A DNA stretch of 64,000 nucleotides from Rubripirellula sp. (lineage in GTDB: Bacteria; Planctomycetota; Planctomycetia; Pirellulales; Pirellulaceae). The stretch lies in assembly GCA_965216875.1 (NCBI GenBank), contig OZ244207.1, positions 7,616,001 to 7,680,000 on the forward strand, written 5' to 3'. The notes below the pieces were generated by a model. It was not told the DNA's origin. It ran no database searches and saw nothing but the letters and a program-made list of their open reading frames with translations. Positions 39,086-48,283 of the stretch are shown piece after piece. Numbering within the stretch: the stretch's first letter is position 1; the number at the start of each line of letters is the position of its first letter. A program made the position numbers and the translations under genes.

Positions 39086-40528
39086 ATGACATTCCGACTC
39101 TTTTCCCTTTGCGTCGTCACGCTGTCGCTCGTTGCTTCTTCAGCATCGGTTCACGCCACCGACCATCCCAACATCGTTTTCATTCTTGTCGACGACATGG
39201 GGTACGGCGATCCGACTTGCTACAACGCCAATTCCAAGACACCCACGCCAAACATCGATTCGTTGGCTCGCGACGGCATGCGATTCACTGATGCCCATGC
39301 CTCGGGACCGCTGTGCCACATGTCACGTTATGGGTTGCTGACAGGGCGGTATCCTTTTCGCACCAACGTCAACTTGTGGCGAAAACAACCACTGATCAAA
39401 GCAGGCGAAGCCACGATTGCCACGGTGCTCAAATCGGCGGGCTATCGAACGGCGATGGTCGGCAAGTGGCACTTAGGATTCGATGAATCAAAGGGCTACG
39501 ACCACCCGCTGCCGGGCGGTCCCGTTGACTGTGGGTTCGATTCGTTCTTCGGAATCCGTGCTTCGACCGACATTCCGCCCTACTTTTACATTCGAGACGA
39601 TCGCGCCGTCGCACCGCCTTCGAACCAGATCGAGGCTCGCAACACCGAGGGTTGGACCAACATTCAAGGTGAGTTTTGGCGTGCTGGCGGCATCGCTCCC
39701 GAGCTTGAACTGAAGAATGTGCTACCGCGGTTTACCGACGAAGCGATCGCCGTGATCGACGATCATGCGACGAGTACGTCGGAACAACCACTGATGCTCT
39801 ATCTCGCTTACCCCGCGCCTCACACACCTTGGTTGCCGTCAAAGGAATTCCAAGGCAAGAGCGGCGCGAGCATGTATGGCGATTTCGTGATGATGGTTGA
39901 CCACATGATTGGGCGTGTGCTCAGCGCCCTCGACAAGGCTGGAATGACCGACGACACGCTCGTCATCTTTTCCTCGGACAACGGTCCCGTTTGGTACGAA
40001 CATGATGTTGATCGGTTTGACCACGATTCATCGGGTGGACTGCGCGGCATGAAAGCGGACGCCTGGGAGTGTGGACATCGGATGCCATTTTTGGCACGTT
40101 GGCCCGGCAGAGTCCCTGCGGCGACCACCAGCGATCAAACGATTTGTTTCACCGACATGCTGGCCACGTTTGCTTCGATCGTCGACCAACCACTGAGTGC
40201 CGCAGATGGTCCTGATAGTTTTGACGTCTCGCCTGCGTTTTTTGGCAAGGATGATGGCCCGATCCGTGACGCATTGGTCATTCGGTCTGGCTCAAAACAC
40301 ATGACGATCCGCATGGGGGATTGGAAGATGATTACCGCACTGGGAAGCGGCGGCTTCTCGAAGCCCAACCGTATCAAGCCTGCCCAAGGTGACCCCGCCG
40401 GCCAGCTCTACCATTTGGGACGTGACCTCGGCGAAACAAGCAATCGCTACCTGCAAGAACCGGCGGTCGTTGAGCGGCTCAAGAAACGGTTGGCTGAAAT
40501 CGAAGCAGGGCCTCATCGCGAACGATGA
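39086..40528 (+). CDS. Formylglycine-dependent (S1) sulfatase
   Basis: PNIVFILVDDMGYGD, CHMSRYGLLTGRY, VGKWHLG, APHTPW, SSDNG and GHRMPF; signal peptide. Confidence 0.92.
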   Translation: MTFRLFSLCVVTLSLVASSASVHATDHPNIVFILVDDMGYGDPTCYNANSKTPTPNIDSLARDGMRFTDAHASGPLCHMSRYGLLTGRYPFRTNVNLWRKQPLIKAGEATIATVLKSAGYRTAMVGKWHLGFDESKGYDHPLPGGPVDCGFDSFFGIRASTDIPPYFYIRDDRAVAPPSNQIEARNTEGWTNIQGEFWRAGGIAPELELKNVLPRFTDEAIAVIDDHATSTSEQPLMLYLAYPAPHTPWLPSKEFQGKSGASMYGDFVMMVDHMIGRVLSALDKAGMTDDTLVIFSSDNGPVWYEHDVDRFDHDSSGGLRGMKADAWECGHRMPFLARWPGRVPAATTSDQTICFTDMLATFASIVDQPLSAADGPDSFDVSPAFFGKDDGPIRDALVIRSGSKHMTIRMGDWKMITALGSGGFSKPNRIKPAQGDPAGQLYHLGRDLGETSNRYLQEPAVVERLKKRLAEIEAGPHRER

Positions 40529-40562
40529 GCCGTGTTGCGATTTGAGGGTGTTGTTTCAACAC

Positions 40563-40667
40563 TCTCCCTTGGGAGAGTCGGGCTCTAAGGCCCGGAGAGG
40601 GTTTGTTAGGTAACGATCATCCCCTCCCCGGACTTTAGCGTCCGACCCTCCCGCAAGCGGTAGGGTG
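40563..40667. repeat. CTCTCCC..GGGAGAG-type inverted palindrome pair between convergent genes
   Basis: CTCTCCCTTGGGAGAGTCGG..CCGGAGAGGG and CCCCTCCCCGG..CCGACCCTCCC...AGGGTG. Confidence 0.55.
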
Positions 40668-40773
40668 ATTGCTGGTTCGCAGGTTTGCTTGGGCAAGCGT
40701 TTCTTAAGCCGCTCACGAAGCGTCTTACTCATTCGTGTGATTCGTTAGACTCGTGGTTTCTTCTTTCCCACAC

Positions 40774-41748
40774 TCAGATCTGAAAGTTCAGGTCGTGATC
40801 GAGTACTTCGGGGTCGCCTTCGCCGCCTCGAACCCGGAGTTGAGGTTTCTCGAGCAAGACGGTCGTGTTCGGTGAAACGGTCTTTGTGATCCACACGCTC
40901 GAACCGATCACCGAGTCGTGGCCGATCACCGTGCGTCCGCCGAGGATCGTTGCGTTGGCGTAAACAACCACGCGGTCTTCAATCGTTGGGTGCCGCTTCG
41001 TGCCACGAATCAATTGCCCTTCGGAATCGGTCGGGAAGCTCAATGCACCCAGTGTCACGCCTTGGTACAGCTTGACGTGTTCGCCGATTTCGCAGGTTTC
41101 GCCGATGACAACACCGGTCCCGTGATCAATGAAGAAATAGTCGCCGATCGTCGCACCGGGGTGAATGTCGATGCCGGTTTGTTTGTGTGCCCACTCGGTC
41201 ATCATTCGCGGGATGAAGGGAACACCGAGTTGAGTCAGTTCATGGGCGATTCGATAAACCGTGACCGCTTCAATACCGGGATAGCAGAAAACGACTTCAT
41301 CGGTGGTTTGGCACGCCGGGTCGCCGTCGTAGGCTGCTTGGACATCGGTGCCGAGTGTTCGACGCAGTTCGGGAATCCGTTTTAGAAGCTCGATGGCCAT
41401 CGCCTGGCCCTTGGCTTCGTAGTCGACTTCGCTGTCGCAATCACCAAGCTGTTTCTGAACGCGGTCTTCGTGTCGCAGCGCGCGGGCGATCTGTGTCGTC
41501 AATTGATCGTGTAGCGAGTCGATCAGTCCACCGACGTGGTATCGAATGTTGCCTTGATGCAGCCCCACCTTGCGGCGATACCCCGGATAAAGAATGTCCT
41601 TGAGTTCAAGCAAGATTTCGGCCACCACCGTGTAACTTGGCAGTGCACAGTGTCCCAGGTGATTGATCGCATCATCGGGCGTGTAGGTGGCGACGATTTC
41701 TTCGGTCAACTCAGGAAGTTGTTCTTTCAGGCGAAAGTCGGATGCCAC
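40774..41748 (-). CDS. cysE: Serine O-acetyltransferase
   Basis: [45 protein letters not shown] and KRHPTI. Confidence 0.92.
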   Translation of the reverse strand: MASDFRLKEQLPELTEEIVATYTPDDAINHLGHCALPSYTVVAEILLELKDILYPGYRRKVGLHQGNIRYHVGGLIDSLHDQLTTQIARALRHEDRVQKQLGDCDSEVDYEAKGQAMAIELLKRIPELRRTLGTDVQAAYDGDPACQTTDEVVFCYPGIEAVTVYRIAHELTQLGVPFIPRMMTEWAHKQTGIDIHPGATIGDYFFIDHGTGVVIGETCEIGEHVKLYQGVTLGALSFPTDSEGQLIRGTKRHPTIEDRVVVYANATILGGRTVIGHDSVIGSSVWITKTVSPNTTVLLEKPQLRVRGGEGDPEVLDHDLNFQI

Positions 41749-42036
41749 GGGACGGCTCCCCCACTTGATTTCGAATGGTCAGCAAAGTGTGTGTGTTCGG
41801 ACGAGCATTCACGGATGGTTTTGCGACCGATGTCGTGCTGTCAATCAATGACCATTCTCGCGATCGCCCGGTTCGCTGAACAGTGCTTCAATTTCTGGTT
41901 GGGTGGCAACGGTCTCACCCAGCTACCGCTGAAACGCAAACGACCAGTGAGGCTGCCTTTTCCCCACTGGTCGCGTCGTTTTTCATGATTTCCAAGACGA
42001 AAATTGCCTCAGGAAACATGGATGCGGTGATTTACC

Positions 42037-42480
42037 TTATCGGCCAATCGATGGTGGGTTTTCCGCAAGGAAGTCGCGCGGCCCACGATGCGAGTAGTAG
42101 GGGTACGCGGTCTGAGCGGTCGGTGGTCCCGGTGTGAAAGGCTGGGCGTTGAAGTGCGACGCAGCTTTGTGGCCCAGCATGCCGGGGCCGAGGTGCGAGC
42201 TGTAGTTCAATCCGCCTTGTTGCCATCCCAGAGGTCCTGCGACGCAACCGGTGCGACAACCGCCGTTGCAGCCAATCCCACATGCGCTGCCGAGGCGACC
42301 GAGGATGCCAGAGCTTTCGCAACAGCCGCTGTTGCATCCGCCACAGGCTCCCGTTTCGCAACCGGTTTCACAAACGTCTGATGGGCAAGTGCTGCAACCA
42401 CCGCGAGTGTTGTGGTGCAAACAACCGGTCGAGGCGATCATGAGACCAGCAAGCGACCCAATCAATAACCAACGATTCAT
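42037..42480 (-). CDS. Cys/Gly-rich putative lipoprotein
   Basis: Signal peptide ending ASTGC; 13 Cys in the N-terminal half; C-terminal YPYYSHRGPRDFL..NPPSIG. Confidence 0.7.
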   Translation of the reverse strand: MNRWLLIGSLAGLMIASTGCLHHNTRGGCSTCPSDVCETGCETGACGGCNSGCCESSGILGRLGSACGIGCNGGCRTGCVAGPLGWQQGGLNYSSHLGPGMLGHKAASHFNAQPFTPGPPTAQTAYPYYSHRGPRDFLAENPPSIGR

Positions 42481-42853
42481 CGCCGAATCCTTCCGAACGT
42501 CACGCCGCTTGCCGCAGCGATGGTAGTGTCTGCTTTTGTTTAATTGGAACAACCAACTTGAATCGGTCGAGTGTTCCGCGGTCAGCCGTATCCATCCTGG
42601 AACTTCGGCACCGTATGTCTCTTCGTCCTCCCCGCGGCTCGGGTGCACACAATCGGTGCGACCGTGCCAGACAGAATGGAATCGTGGCGAAAAGGTTTCT
42701 GTAACCCTCCTATTTTCAACCGTTGGTCAGTTTCACGGTTAGTTTCAGTCCTTGAGCTTCCTAACTTTGCGTCTCGGCTTGCTTTGGCAGGCCGCGGATT
42801 GGTATGCGGAAGACATCTCACTTTGCAGAATCACTTCCGACAAGGAATGAATC

Positions 42854-43228
42854 ATGTCGCGCCGCGCCGTTTGCGTTGTTTTTACCCTGTTCGCTGTCGC
42901 CTTGAGTGCCAATCAAGCCGATGCGCAAATCACTGCTCCACGCGTACTCTCAGGGTCACAACAACAGGTTGCGACACTTCAAGAACAGCTCAACAATCAG
43001 TTGCGAGCAACCACCGAACAACAACGTGCCTACGTTGCCTATTTGGTTCAGCAAGTTCGTAAGGGACGACTCGACTTGCGGCTCTTGATCGCCGTGAAAA
43101 AGAAGGCGGTCCTCAAGAATCGCTACTACCCCTTCCCGTTCTTCGAGCGAGCGATTCGCTTTGAAGCGGCCAAACGAAACGTCACCCTGCTCACCTCCAA
43201 GCAACTCGCCGCCCAACAGCAGATCTAA
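42854..43228 (+). CDS. Secreted hypothetical protein
   Basis: Signal peptide (ADA|Q); AAGGAA RBS; helical body. Confidence 0.7.
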   Translation: MSRRAVCVVFTLFAVALSANQADAQITAPRVLSGSQQQVATLQEQLNNQLRATTEQQRAYVAYLVQQVRKGRLDLRLLIAVKKKAVLKNRYYPFPFFERAIRFEAAKRNVTLLTSKQLAAQQQI

Positions 43229-43280
43229 AAACTTTTGCCTTTTGTGCGTGTATGCGCGTGCTACCGCAATCACGTCTTCC

Positions 43281-43360
43281 GTAGAGTGCGTGCTTGCACG
43301 CACCAAGTGCGCCGACAACGGTTTGGAGTTAGAGGTGGTGCATGCAAGCACACACCCTAC
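43281..43360. repeat. GTAG-type REP doublet between convergent genes
   Basis: GTAGAGTGCGTGCTTGCACGCACC ... GGTGCATGCAAGCACACACCCTAC. Confidence 0.75.
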
Positions 43361-43361
43361 A

Positions 43362-44600
43362 TTAGTTGGCGAAGTCTTCTTCGATGGTTTCGGCCATCTC
43401 TCTTGTGCCCAGGGCACCCCAAAGACCGTACGGGCTCGGCGAGCTGCTGATCGATCCTCGATGCGAGTTGTTGGTCGCCGAGTCGTTGCGTACTGTGGGG
43501 TGACGCGAGTCGCCAGCATCAATGGAATCGGACAGGAAAATCACCGCTCCGTCACCCATGAGGACATGACAGCCACCGGGATGCCGACTGCTAGGTGGCA
43601 GGACACCATTGTCAAAATCACCATCACCACCGATGCAGACTTCACGGTTGGGCGGCAAGATTGTGGTGACGCTCGTGTAGATCGGGCTCGAGTCGGCCCA
43701 ACGATAACCGCGGCGCCAACCTTCACTGCCCAATCCAGGATTGGTGGAACCGGTTGCAATTGACGGATGCCAATGCCGGGGGCGGGCGGGGTCGATGGTG
43801 TTGGCGCGGTCCGCACATGCACTTGGGTTGGTATGAATCTCTTCCCAGCCGATTCCGAACAACGGGTCGACTGTGGTTTCTCGGTTGCCGATCCCAGTTG
43901 CGATTTCGGCCGCCGCGATCGTTGAGGCTTGTCCGTCTTTGATGTCTGCAAACTTCATTTGACGCCGATTGTAGAAGTAGCCGCGGTTGGCGGCGTCGGC
44001 ATCGTACAGATGGTCCTGGTCCCAGCGGTCGTTGAACCAACGCCAGTTGCCGTGATTGACCCAATGTGTTCCGTCACCCAAACAGGCGGCATAGTTGGTG
44101 CGACCGAGGGCGGGAGCGCCGTTGCCGGGGTCGCTTGGGCAACGGAAGGTCGGGATGTTCGTCGCCCAAGGATCGTATTCCGCAGCCCAAGGTCGAGGAC
44201 CCATTTGAGGCCAATCGATCGTGCCATCACCATCGTCATCCCACCACTGCGAAATCGTTTCCCAGAGTGCTTGTTGTTCGACATAGGGCGTGATGGCGAC
44301 AAGCCAACTGAGGCGAAAACGATTGTTGTCACCGCGGCCGTTGTCATAGCCGCCCCGACTCGGGTCCCAGTGGTTATAGGTACCGCCAGCCTGCATCGGC
44401 AGCGCTTTGTACCCGGTGTGGTAGTTGTGAAGGGCGATACCGATCTGTTTGAAATTGTTGCTGCAGCTCATCCGACGCGCCGCCTCGCGGGCTGCCGAAA
44501 CAGCGGGGAGCAACAGACCGATCAAGACGCCGATAATGGCAATGACGACCAACAATTCGACAAGCGTAAATCCGAGTCTGCGGTGTGAGCGTAAACGCAT
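43362..44600 (-). CDS. DUF1559 prepilin-type protein
   Basis: [48 protein letters not shown] and [14 protein letters not shown] (H-X9-DG). Confidence 0.93.
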   Translation of the reverse strand: MRLRSHRRLGFTLVELLVVIAIIGVLIGLLLPAVSAAREAARRMSCSNNFKQIGIALHNYHTGYKALPMQAGGTYNHWDPSRGGYDNGRGDNNRFRLSWLVAITPYVEQQALWETISQWWDDDGDGTIDWPQMGPRPWAAEYDPWATNIPTFRCPSDPGNGAPALGRTNYAACLGDGTHWVNHGNWRWFNDRWDQDHLYDADAANRGYFYNRRQMKFADIKDGQASTIAAAEIATGIGNRETTVDPLFGIGWEEIHTNPSACADRANTIDPARPRHWHPSIATGSTNPGLGSEGWRRGYRWADSSPIYTSVTTILPPNREVCIGGDGDFDNGVLPPSSRHPGGCHVLMGDGAVIFLSDSIDAGDSRHPTVRNDSATNNSHRGSISSSPSPYGLWGALGTREMAETIEEDFAN

Positions 44601-44746
44601 CGGCCTTCCTCAAACGATTCCATCTATTCATAAAGTTGCGACATTATGGCCGATCCGAAGTCGGGTCACAAACATCCCAAACGGCGCATCAAATCAATAC
44701 GCCCTTGCCTTGCATGTGATGCAATCTGTTACAAACGGTGAGGACA

Positions 44747-44935
44747 CTAGTTCTGCGCTGAGTCGTTCAGTGACGATCCCATCGTTTGACGCTCGTATTC
44801 CTTTTCTTCTGCATCGGTCATGACGGGACGTTCATCGGGGGGCAAAACCCCCGTGTTGGAGCCACAACCTCCCAAGAAGAAGGTGGCTGAGACGAACAAC
44901 CAGGACCTAATGCGTTTTGGTGTTGAGACAGTCAT
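44747..44935 (-). CDS. Small lipoprotein
   Basis: 62 aa with lipobox LGGC; adjacent to the DUF1559 gene. Confidence 0.6.
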   Translation of the reverse strand: MTVSTPKRIRSWLFVSATFFLGGCGSNTGVLPPDERPVMTDAEEKEYERQTMGSSLNDSAQN

Positions 44936-45263
44936 TGGCTCTGCCGTGAGTGCGTGAGGCGTGCTGAAAGCGGGGAGTTTTGCGGGGGAAGTGGCGATTC
45001 CTGTGCGCCGCCCGAAATCGGACGACAAATTCAAAATCGGAACCGAAGGGTTGGGTGCCAAGTCGAACAGTTTAGCGTTTCCCAAAAGGGGTGCGTGAAC
45101 CTGTGAATCGCCCGTTTCAGTGCCAAGAATGTGAAACCTTGCCACGGCAAGAAAAGTATTCACGGGTAACAACTGGGCCAAATCGCGATGGCTGTGGAAA
45201 GCAGCAGTAGCTATCGTGCTGGAACGAGATTTCTTCCTAACTGGGGATGTTTTAGTGACCAAG

Positions 45264-47210
45264 ATGTCAACTCGCTGTGCAGCAACCTTTTTGAGCATGA
45301 TCGCGTGTTGGGTGGGCACCCTGCCTGGCAACACATCGGCAGCGTCATTGGACCTGAAGCCAATATCACTTGAGTCGATCGGTTTGGTCGATTACCGCGG
45401 TCGCACTTGGGAGATGCAGGACTTTCAAGACGATTCCGTTTTGATCGTCGCGTTTCTGGGAACGGAATGTCCGTTGGCGAAATTGTATGCCGTTCGTCTG
45501 AACGAAATCGCCCAAGAATACAAAGAGCGCAAAGTGCGAGTCATTGCGGTGATGAGTAACCGTCAAGACTCGCTCGAAGAGATCGCTTCTTTTGCGTCAC
45601 GGCAAGGAATTGAGTTTCCAGTTCTCAAAGATGCGGGCAACAAGTTTGCCGATCAGCTTGACGCCGAACGTACACCCGAAATCTTTGTTTTCGATGCGCA
45701 AAGAAAGCTGCGTTACCGCGGTCGCGTTGATGATCAATACGGCATTGGTTATGTCCGCGATGAACCGCGACGCAAGGACTTGCGGATCGCACTTGACGAG
45801 TTGCTTCGCGGTGCCGACGTGTCGCTCAAACGCACCGCTGCTGTTGGGTGCATCATCGGACGGACCAAGAAAACGGTTGACGACGCGCATGTGACTTTCG
45901 GCGGTGAAGTCTCAAAGATCCTGACCAAGCGCTGCGTGGAATGTCATCGTGACGGCGAAATTGCGCCCTTCTCGTTGACCGACTACGACGAAGTCGCAGG
46001 TTGGTCCGACATGATTGCGGAAGTTGTCCGTGACGGACGCATGCCGCCTTGGCACGCAACGGACGAGCACGAGACGTTTTCGAATGATCGAAGTTTGACC
46101 GAACAGGAGAAAGAGATCCTTTATGCGTGGGCCGATGCCGGGGCGCCCGCGGGAGACCTTTCTGACTTGCCGCCACTCCCCGAAAAGGTCGAAGGTTGGA
46201 TGCTTCCGCGCGAACCGGATCAAGTCGTCAACGTTAGCCCCGAGCCCTTTGAAGTGCCTGCGGAAGGGGCGGTGAGCTATAAGTACTTCCGATCGGACTT
46301 CACTTTTGAAAAAGAAACCTGGTTGCACGCGGCGGAGCTCAAGCCGGGCAACCGTGAAGTGGTGCACCACATCCTGGCTTTTGCCGTCCCCAAAGGAAGC
46401 CGAAAGATTGATGGCGCGAGGGGATTCTTGGTTGGCTATGTCCCGGGTGCACGCGTTGAGGTTCCGCCAAAGGGGTATGCCAAACGCATCCCGGCCGGAA
46501 GCGAACTGATCTTCCAAATGCACTACACGCCTGTCGGAACGCCGCAGTTGGACCAATCGCAACTTGGCTTGGTTTTCATCGAGCCCGAAGAGGTGACCCA
46601 TGAAATTGTCACCACAAGTGCGTTGCAAACAAAGCTTAGAATCCCGCCGAACGAGGCGAACCATGAAACGTATGCAAGTAGCCCAGAGTTTCCTGCTCAA
46701 GCGACATTGCTGAGTATGAGTCCGCACATGCATGTGCGCGGAAAATCGTATCGATACGACCTAGAATTCCCAAGCGGCAAAAAGGAGACGATCCTTGACA
46801 TTCCCGCTTACGATTTCAATTGGCAGACGACCTACGCATTGGCCAAGCCGCGCAGCATTCCAGAGGGGAGTCGTTTCTTGTGCAAGGCTGTGTTCGATAA
46901 CAGCGAAGACAACCTCAACAACCCCGATCCTTCAAAGACCGTTCGTTGGGGCGATCAAACGTGGGAAGAGATGATGATCGGCTACTATCACTATGCAGTG
47001 CCGGTAGGCGAAGAGGATGGAGTGCCCTCGAGGCGTGAACGTGCAGCCAAGATCGTCAGTAAGCGTTTTGTGTTGGGGATCCTCGATCGGAACAAGACCG
47101 ATTCGCTGGTTCGTAAGAACATTCCCGCACGGTGGCACAAGGGATTTGACCAATGGGACCAAAACGGTGATGGCGTCCTGACGCGCAAGGAAGTTGAATT
47201 GGCCCCGTGA
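45264..47210 (+). CDS. Redoxin-domain protein fused to a c-type heme motif, Cu-monooxygenase-like domains and an EF-hand
   Basis: TECPLA, RTPE and YRGRVDDQY (redoxin); CVECH; MPPW; VVHH, PHMH, YDFNWQ and EEMM; DQNGDGVLTRKE. Confidence 0.85.
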   Translation: MSTRCAATFLSMIACWVGTLPGNTSAASLDLKPISLESIGLVDYRGRTWEMQDFQDDSVLIVAFLGTECPLAKLYAVRLNEIAQEYKERKVRVIAVMSNRQDSLEEIASFASRQGIEFPVLKDAGNKFADQLDAERTPEIFVFDAQRKLRYRGRVDDQYGIGYVRDEPRRKDLRIALDELLRGADVSLKRTAAVGCIIGRTKKTVDDAHVTFGGEVSKILTKRCVECHRDGEIAPFSLTDYDEVAGWSDMIAEVVRDGRMPPWHATDEHETFSNDRSLTEQEKEILYAWADAGAPAGDLSDLPPLPEKVEGWMLPREPDQVVNVSPEPFEVPAEGAVSYKYFRSDFTFEKETWLHAAELKPGNREVVHHILAFAVPKGSRKIDGARGFLVGYVPGARVEVPPKGYAKRIPAGSELIFQMHYTPVGTPQLDQSQLGLVFIEPEEVTHEIVTTSALQTKLRIPPNEANHETYASSPEFPAQATLLSMSPHMHVRGKSYRYDLEFPSGKKETILDIPAYDFNWQTTYALAKPRSIPEGSRFLCKAVFDNSEDNLNNPDPSKTVRWGDQTWEEMMIGYYHYAVPVGEEDGVPSRRERAAKIVSKRFVLGILDRNKTDSLVRKNIPARWHKGFDQWDQNGDGVLTRKEVELAP

Positions 47211-47278
47211 GGCCCGGCCGCTTACGCGATCGCGGCTCACAGGTGAGTCGCAAGGCGCTGTCTGTCTGCCGTCGGTGT

Positions 47279-47316
47279 TTTGATGAGCCGTTGAGAGTTT
47301 GATGAGCCGTTGAGAG
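47279..47316. repeat. 19-bp direct repeat x2
   Basis: TTTGATGAGCCGTTGAGAG twice, followed by a GAGTACGAGCACGAGTAG-type hexamer run. Confidence 0.7.
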
Positions 47317-47575
47317 TACGAGCACGAGTAGGAGTAGGATTGACTTGGCAGCCGATTGCTTGAGTTTGAATGTGGTATGTGTTGTCGGTTGCGTACCACC
47401 GCACCACACTCTGGAGTGGCGATAAAGTCGCGTACCCCGATTGGTGAGCAAACACGCGACGTGCGAGTTTTTTGCAGTACGACAAACCATCGGATCGTCT
47501 ATGCTCTTACCCGGGCGCGAGTGACCGCCCCGACGGGCTAACTCAGCCTCGACGACTCCTCATAGACTCGATCCG

Positions 47576-48262
47576 ATGTCCGGCGATGTGCGTGATGACT
47601 GGACAGCCGAGCTGGACCAACCGATCAGCGAGGCGCGACAGAAAGAGCTGGCTGACCAGCTTGTGGAGCGATTGCGCTCGGGTGACGACCGAGCCCTCGG
47701 GCAACTCTTTGAGCTTTACGAAGATCGCCTCTACCGGTTGATCGACTTTCGTCTCGACCGCTCGCTCCATTCGCGTGTGGATCCTGATGACATCTTGCAA
47801 GATGCTTACATCGATGCCAGTAAGCGAATCGAGCATTTCCTCTCGCGCGAGGATGCAACGATTTCCGTATGGCTCCGCTTGATCGTGATGCAGCGATTGC
47901 AGCTTGCAGTTCGCCATCACTTGTTGACCGACAAGCGGGATGTTCGCAAAGAGGTTTCGATGGAACCTCCGAGCGACTGCAGCGCACACCAGGCTGGCCT
48001 GGCTCAGTTGCTTGCCGATTCGATCACTTCACCGAGTGCCGCGGTCGCGCGCAGCGAGGCTGTTGGGATGATCGAACAGATGCTGGATGCCATGTCGGAA
48101 ACAGATCGCGAGGTCTTGGTGCTCAGGCACTTTGAACTCGTTCCAAACGACGAAGTCGCCGAAATCTTGGGCATCAGCGTGAAGGCAGCAAGCAATCGCT
48201 ATGTCCGTGCGCTGACGCGGCTGAAGGACCTGATTCAACGCATGGAAGGTCAGGGCGGGTAA
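47576..48262 (+). CDS. ECF sigma factor, planctomycete kinase-associated type
   Basis: GDDRALGQLF, RVDPDDILQD, WLR, TSPS, DREVLVLRHFE, EVAEILGIS and RYVRALTRL. Confidence 0.9.
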   Translation: MSGDVRDDWTAELDQPISEARQKELADQLVERLRSGDDRALGQLFELYEDRLYRLIDFRLDRSLHSRVDPDDILQDAYIDASKRIEHFLSREDATISVWLRLIVMQRLQLAVRHHLLTDKRDVRKEVSMEPPSDCSAHQAGLAQLLADSITSPSAAVARSEAVGMIEQMLDAMSETDREVLVLRHFELVPNDEVAEILGISVKAASNRYVRALTRLKDLIQRMEGQGG

Positions 48263-48283
48263 AGAAGTTAAGGGGTGTGTCGC

